NCBI RefSeq assembly: GCF_009914755.1
Contig: NC_060940.1
DNA: 64,000 nt
Strand: one strand, 5' to 3'
Source of the DNA: the human T2T-CHM13v2.0 reference genome, Homo sapiens
Below the pieces are notes generated by a model. It ran no database searches, had not been told where the DNA came from, and was given only the letters and a program-made list of their open reading frames with translations. Shown here piece after piece: positions 48,111-64,000 of the stretch. A program made the position numbers and the translations under genes. Positions within the stretch are counted from its first letter, which is position 1; every line of letters starts with the position of its first letter.

Positions 48111-48740
48111 TATAGGGTCCAGCCCCATAGGGTCGGTGGGTCTCTCCCTGTGTGCGGCGATGACAGAGTGTAGAAATAAAGACACAAGACAAAGAGATAA
48201 AAGAAAAGGCAGCTGGGCCCGGGGGACCACCACCAGCAAGACGCGGAGACCGGTAGTGGCCCCGAATGTCTGGCTGCGCTGTTATTTACTGGATACAGAG
48301 CAAAAGGGGCAGGGTAAAGAGTGTGAGTCATCTCCAATGACAGGTGAGGTCACGTGGGTCACGTGTCCACTGGACAGGGGGCCCTTCCCTGCCTGGCAGC
48401 CAAGGCAGAGAGAGAGAGGGAGAGAGAGAGACAGCTTACACCATTATTTCTGCATATCAAGAGACTTTTATACTTTCACTAATTTGCTACTGCTATCTGG
48501 AAGGCAGAGCCAGGTGTACAGGATGGAACATGAAGGTGGACTAGGAGCGTGACCACTGAAGCACAGCATCACAGGGAGATGGTAAGGCCTCCGGATAACT
48601 AATGATTAATGATATTCATATATAATCATGTCTATGATCTATATCTAGTATAACTCCTGTTGTTTTATATATTTTATTATACTGGAACAGCTCGTGCCCT
48701 CGGTCTCTTGCCTCGGCACCTGGATGGCTTGCCGCCCACA
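48111..48740 (-). mobile_element. ERVK-class solo LTR, LTR13-like, probably internally deleted
   Basis: Minus strand starts TGTGGGCGGCAAGCCA; perfect 6-bp TSD ACCAGG (48105-48110 and 48741-48746); family name from memory. Confidence 0.8.
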
Positions 48741-49956
48741 ACCAGGGGCTTTTCTTCCCCTCAGGTCCACATCTGCTTTGACAGCAAATCTGGCCAGCTG
48801 CACCTTCAGAACACGCCCACAGCCCAGCACCCCTCATGTCTGCTGCTGCCTCGGGTCTTCCTCGTCCCGTCCGTGCGATTGTCTCCTCACTGGGCTCCCA
48901 CAGCTGCCTGGCCGCTCCTCACATGCAATTTGGCATCTGCTCCCGTGCCACGCTGTCCTTCATATCCTCTTGTTATATATGCCCCGTCCACACCACGTCC
49001 CTAATGTTCTAGAACATTGGGGCCCGGGGAATGCCCTCCACTTGAGTGTCCTCCCTGCAGATATCCGACGGCATCACCCTAGGGGACCCTTCCTGGCCCC
49101 CCGTGCTCTGAACTCTCCTCCCAGAGCTGCTTTCTGTGCAGCACTCAGCACCCACTTCAGGAGACTGTGCCTTCAGGGGAGGGGTCAACAAAGAGGGTCG
49201 AATGGCAGGAATGGGCCTAATTAAGGGGTCCTGGAGCACTGAAGGTGAAGGGGTGGGAGGGCTGGACCCTGGTGAGAACTGGAGCTACAGGAGAGGCCAC
49301 CCCGGCTGAGCTGAGGTCTCTGAAGGGTAAGAACCCCATCAGAGCAGAGGGAGCCCCGGAGCCAACACCCTGACCTCTCTCTCCTCCGTCCCCCGGCCTC
49401 CAGGCACCCTGACTTCTCTCTCCTCCGCCCTCCAGCCTCTTGCTGAGCTCAGCTGGAAGTCAGGGGACGTCCAGGTCAGCCTCCAGGCAGAGAGGAGGGC
49501 CAGGAGGCGTGAGAGGTGGGTCTGGGGCCAGTGGAAGGTGAGAACCTGGCCCAGGTCTAATGTGTCATTTAGTCCCCAAGTGTCTCCTCCACGGGGTCAG
49601 CTCCACAAGGGACTTCTGTGTTGTTCCCGTTGGACCCCTTAACCTAGAAGAATGCCTGACTCATGGTAGGTAAAGATTTCCGGAAAAAATGGCTTGAATT
49701 GTGGTCTTTCATGTAACAACAGACTGGACATGGAGCAGTTCCAGGGTGGGGCTGTGTGTTGGTCTCATCCTTACTGGGTGAGCCCCTTCGTCCGAGAAAA
49801 CGGCCCCTGCTCCAGTTGTTAGAAAACCGCCTTTACAGGCCAGGTGTGGTGGCTCACACCTGTAATCCCAGCACTTCAGGAGGCCAAGGCAGACAGGTCA
49901 TGAGGTCAGGAAATGGAGACCATCCTGGCTAACAAGGTGAAACCCCGTAACTACTA

Positions 49957-50085
<129 letters not shown>

Positions 50086-50134
50086 CTACAGCCCGGGTGA
50101 CAGAGTAAGACTCTGTCTCAAAAAAAAAAAAAAT

Positions 50135-52240
<2,106 letters not shown>

Positions 52241-52589
52241 CTTTTTTTTTTTTTTTTTTGAGACAGAGTCTTGCTGTTGTCTCCCAGGCTGAAGTGCAGC
52301 GATCTCAGCTCACTGCAACCTCCGCCTCCCGTGTTGAAGCGATTCTCCTGCCTCAGCCTCCTGAGTAGCTGGGATTACAGGCATGCTCCACCACACCCAG
52401 ATAATTTTTGTATTTTTAGTAGAGATGAGGTTTCACCATGTTGGTCAGGGTGGTCTCGAACTCCTGCCCTCGTGATCCGCCCACTTCGGCCCCCCAAAGT
52501 GTGGGATTACAGGTGTGAGCCACTGCGCCCGGCCCAGAGGGATCTTTTGAAAACAAAATTATACCACTTCTCTGCTCACAATCCTTCAA

Positions 52590-54450
<1,861 letters not shown>

Positions 54451-54464
54451 TGTTAAGAGAGGAA

Positions 54465-56466
<2,002 letters not shown>

Positions 56467-57437
56467 CAACACATTCTGATTAAGAAAGTAGACCTTAAAC
56501 TGCGTGTAGAGTGTGGGTTTATCTTTGTCTCTCCTTGGAGGAGGGTTCCCATTGCTTCTGTAGACACTGGTTCAGATCCACAACCGGTTCTAACATGCAT
56601 TTGGGCAGTGGGCCACCTGCTGGGAGGAACCTCCTTCCTCTCAGGGCCAGCCTCAACCGGGGACCCATTCCTTTCTCAGTCCATGCAAGGAAGCACCCTC
56701 TGTGTCCAGGCACTGGCCATTAAGCAGCAAAGAAGGCCAACAAAATGCTGCCTACGGCTCTTTGCTTCTGGTGGTTGGGGCTGGGGGGCAGAAATAATAA
56801 AGAAAAATGTGCAAAACCGAAGACATCAGACAGTGACGAGTGATTAGGGAGAAGGTGAGTGAGTGAGGGGAAGGGCCCTGCCTCCCAGAGATCACTGAGG
56901 ACTGCTGAGCAGAGGCAAGGAGGAGGTGTTGGGGTTACTGGGGAGGACTGCTCCACAGAGGCTCAGCCAGGCAGGGGCCCCGGTGGGGGTGGGCCTGGCT
57001 TGTTGGGGAGACGAGCCAGGAGGTGAAGGTGGGGGTGGGGGTGGGCCTGGCCTGTTGGGGAGAGGAGCCAGGAGGTGAAGGTGGGGGCCGACTTCTTCCC
57101 AGGGTCCCTCTCACTGCCAGGCTGAGGATGTACTGTGGGGCCCAGGTGGGAGCTGAGATGGGGAAGGCCTTTCCAGAAGGAGGAGCTGGGAGAGAGGCCA
57201 GGTGGACGTGGAATCTCTAGGACTGGGGACCTTGAAGCAGCAGATAGAGCGGCGGCTCAGGGCAGTCTCCCTCCAGGTCTGAGTGCATGGAGGGACACGG
57301 CGTCCGAAGCCACCCTAAGCTGGGGTGGAATCTCACTGCACCCTTTCTGAGCGATGTGGCCTTGGGGGGGCCGATGGAGTTGCCTGTCCTGTAGGTGACT
57401 GCTGGCCCCCAGGCTTCCGTAGGGTTAAATGAGATGG

Positions 57438-57952
57438 TGTTGGCAACACGCCCCCCAAAACCTGGCCATAAACTGGTCCCAAAACTGGCCATAAACAAAA
57501 TCTCTGCAGCACTGTGACATGTTCATGACGGCCATGACGCCCACGCTGGAAGGTCGTGGGTTTACCAGAATGAGGGCAAGGAACACCTGGCCCACCCAGG
57601 GCGGAAAACTGCTTAAAGGCATTCTTAAGCCACAAACAATAGCGTGAGCGATCTGTGCCTTAAGGACATGCTCCTGCTGCAGGTAACTAGCCAGACCCAT
57701 CCCTTTATCTTGGCCCATCCCTTCGTTTCCCATAAGGGATACTTTTAGTTAGTCTAATATCTACAGAAACAATGCTTATCACTGGTTTGCCGTTAATAAA
57801 TACGTGGGTAAGTCTCTGTTCGAGGCTGTCAGCTCTGAAGGCTGTGAGACCCCTGATTTCCCACTCCACACCTCTCTATCTCTGTGTGTGTGTGTCTTTA
57901 GTTCCTCTAGCGCTGCCGGGTTAGGGTCTCCCCGACCGAGCTGGTCTCTGCA
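57438..57952 (+). mobile_element. MER9-like (HERV-K HML-3) solo LTR
   Basis: TG...CA termini, repeated CTGGCCATAAAC, AATAAA at 57795-57800, imperfect 6-bp TSD AGATGG/AGGTGG. Confidence 0.85.
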
Positions 57953-58511
57953 AGGTGGTGTGTGGCTCCCACTTGGGAGGCCTCCAGTTACTGGCACTGT
58001 CATCACCATGCCCACTGAACAAAGTGGACCAAGCCCCAGAGGCAGCCAAAACCACACCTTTCTGCAGGGAGGGTAAACTGAGCCCGCGAGCTCAGGGCAA
58101 GCGCACCAGGCGCATATGCTGGCCTTCATCTGTCCTCAGCTCCTCCCTGCGGGCACAAGCGGGGGCAGCTGAATCTTCCACGCGAGAAGCCTAAGAGTAG
58201 GGATACGGGGGCGGGGAGCAGCAGGCCTGCTCTGTGTGTAAACAACGGGAAAGCAGGAATAACGCCAGGGCCCGCGGACACCAGCTGCCTCCGAAGTCCC
58301 GCTGCCCGGCGCCTGCATGGAGCAGCCTCCTGAGCGCAGTGTGGCGCGTCCTCCTGTGTAAAGAGGGTAGAGCCGCGCCGGGTCCCTCCCTCTGCAGCCG
58401 TGAAGCCCCCGCGGGGCCCTGCAGGTGGCTGGCGGCACCTGCACACGGTGGTTCTCTGTTCCTTTTTCCTCCTCAACCACTGAGGTTAAAAAAAGTGTTA
58501 AAAGCCACCCT

Positions 58512-58802
58512 TTTTGTTTTTTTGAGACGGAGTCTCGCTCTGTCGCCCAGGCTGGAGTGCAGTGGTGCGATCTCGGCTCACTCCGAGCTCCGCCTCCCGG
58601 GTTCACGCCGTTCTCCCGCCTCAGCCTCCCGCGTAGCTGGGACTACAGGCGCCCGCCACCGCGCCCGGCTAATTTTTCGTATTTTTAGTGGAGACGGGGT
58701 TTCACCGTGTTAGCCAGGATGGTCTCGATCTCCTGACCTCGCGATCCGCCCGCCTCGGCCTCCCGAAGCGCTGGGATGACAGGCGTGAGCCGCCGCGCCC
58801 GC
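58512..58802 (-). mobile_element. CpG-enriched AluY-type element abutting the DEF8 promoter
   Basis: Reverse Alu consensus with retained and extra CpGs. Confidence 0.9.
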
Positions 58803-58858
58803 CCATTTTTTTTAAACGTGTTGGGGTTTGGGTTTCAGCCACAGGCCTTCTGCGATGA

Positions 58859-60007
<1,149 letters not shown>

Positions 60008-60574
60008 TAGAGGAGGGGCAGGGGGTGGCCAGACCTCTTGCTTTCACTCTTCCACTTCCTGCCCGCTCCTTTCTGAGGCCAAGTCCCACATCTGGGTGCA
60101 GAACTGGTGGGGTGAGCCTGGTGAGAGGGGCAGGCTGGCGTTCTGCTCAGAGTCGGCCACTGTGGCCGGCATCCCCAGGTCTGTGTGAGCAGAAGCTAAG
60201 GCTGCGAGGCCAGCGGCCTCCCCTCATTCATCCCCTGCCCGTGCGCCAGGCCTGGGGCTGGCACTGACTGTCAGTAAATAGGCAAATAAAAGATGCCTTT
60301 TTTCACAGCCCGGAGGAGAGCTGGTAGCCTAGAGTACAGCTGCTGGGCAGAACGGAGGTGTCCCTGCCAGCGTGCCTTCCTTGACGCTCCTCTGGCCATG
60401 TTTTAAACACCAGGAGGTTTCCAGCGGCTTCCCCAGGCGTAGCTCCTGCACCTTTTTCCTGGGCTGGTCACCATATGTGATGACAGTGCCAGTCTGTTCT
60501 GAGCAGCTCTGGGCTCCTGGCTTCACTGACATCATAAACAAGTCCTTAGCCCTTCCATCCACCCCAGAAAGTAG

Positions 60575-62540
<1,966 letters not shown>

Positions 62541-64000
62541 ATTACTGTTGTTTTCAGATAGCCCTGATTTAGTCTCTGGTTCTCCCTTTTCTTGCCTATA
62601 AATCAGGGAGAACACGTACTTCCTGGGGTGGATGGAAGGGCTAAGCACTTGGGTATGTCAGTGAAGCCAGGAGCCCAGAGCTGCTCAGATCTGCCTGATC
62701 TTCTCAAGCCGAGGGGGTCAGAACAGTCACTTTACCAGGTCTAGCTGCTGGGGAGGCTGGGAAATTATGTGACAAACAAAAATGAGGCTCCTCATTCAGG
62801 AAGAAGGAGGAGTGATGTTGGGATGGCCTGATTTCTCCTGTGTCCTGGGTGCTCCCTGGGAGACTGGGGAGGTGCTGGCATCGGGTGGCCGCCTCTGACT
62901 CTGTGACCCACCCACAGTCATCAGGTAATAAGAGAAGGAGGTGGGACTGGGGCCCACTCACGTTCCCTGTGTCTTCCCCGTGCCTCCCTGTTGGGGTCCA
63001 CGGGCAGCCTGTCCATGGGTGCTTTGTCCTTTCAGGCTGGCGTGCAGGTGCCCAACCCACACTCCTGCCCCACAGGCACAACAGGCAGGACAGGCCCCAT
63101 AGGTGGTGTGGAGTCTTGCCCAGTTGCAGGGCAGCCATGTGGGGTTGGGGTGGCCTCCTTATCCCACTGCCAGTGAGGCAATTAGTTCAAATCCCAGTTC
63201 TTCCAGGCCACAGTGTGACCCTGAGCAGGGCCGTCCCCTCTGGGCTCAGCTCTCTTTCTTTTGGGAGAAGAGACAGAGGATAAATCATAGGATTGATTAT
63301 TATAATTGTGAATTATTTCAGACTGTAGCAGGTGTAGTGAAAGCATAACTAACACTGTAGCAGGTGTAGTGAAAGCATAACTAACACTGTTGCAGTTACT
63401 GAACAACTTTAAAAAGACATCTCCGACTTTCTATAACATCAACAGACCTTACAGCGAGCTTACTTTGTGCTCAGTCTCTGTTAACTCATTTCACCCTCAC
63501 AATGGCCCATTACGGATGGGGAAATGGAGGCAGAGAGGCTAAGGAATGTGGCCCAGGAAGTTAAGTGGGAGGGCTGGATGCCAACTGCCTCTACTCCCAC
63601 CCCAACCAAAGTCCCTTCCTCCCTGCCAGGAGCCATCAGCCCTGTGTGTTCTGCAGTGTTCTGAGCCTCCGGGTGGGGAAAGAGCAATTCTTGATCCTGA
63701 GCTTCTGCCACGTGGAGAACTAGGCCCTTCCGGCCTGTTTCCTGGGTTCCTGAGGCACAGAGCCGTGGGCCTGGTTCAGGTCGTGTTGCTCATCACAGGA
63801 TCAGAACCCAGGCCAGAGAGCCTGGATGCATTTGTAGGGGGCTTCTCTGTGTGCTGGCAGGGAATCCTCCCAAGATCCCCTGCTCCTGGGCATGGGGAAG
63901 GTGGGCCCTGCTCACTCACCTGTGGCAGAGCAGGAATGGGCCCTGGAACTGTCCCCAAGTGTCCAACCCTAAGTCCTGAGACAGGGGCTGTGGTTTCAGG

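Overview
Human genomic DNA, recognisable as 16q24.3. Four same-strand (+) genes lie in a row: the last 13 coding exons of TCF25 (exons 6-18 of the 676-aa model, 1272-21483), MC1R (CDS 29504-30457, carrying Thr120 instead of the usual Ile120), the complete TUBB3 gene (33647-46045, 450 aa) and the first two exons of DEF8 (about 58950-59880). Splice-site arithmetic reproduces the known 382-aa MC1R isoform and the 797-aa and 432-aa MC1R-TUBB3 chimeras. The window is Alu-dense, has two ERVK-type solo LTRs and at least seven minisatellites. The most unusual structure is in TCF25 intron 12: an AluY inserted into a 52-bp minisatellite, then tandemly amplified as a 472-bp higher-order unit to three near-identical copies. 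These copies are antisense partners of an Alu just upstream of exon 8, so they could set back-splicing (circRNA) dosage. Other candidates are a duplicated exon-6 donor, a 490-codon repeat ORF in frame with TCF25 exon 16, and an inverted duplication in DEF8 intron 2. No prokaryote-type system (CRISPR etc.) is present. Gene and repeat-family identities rest on recall of reference sequences, not on database searches.
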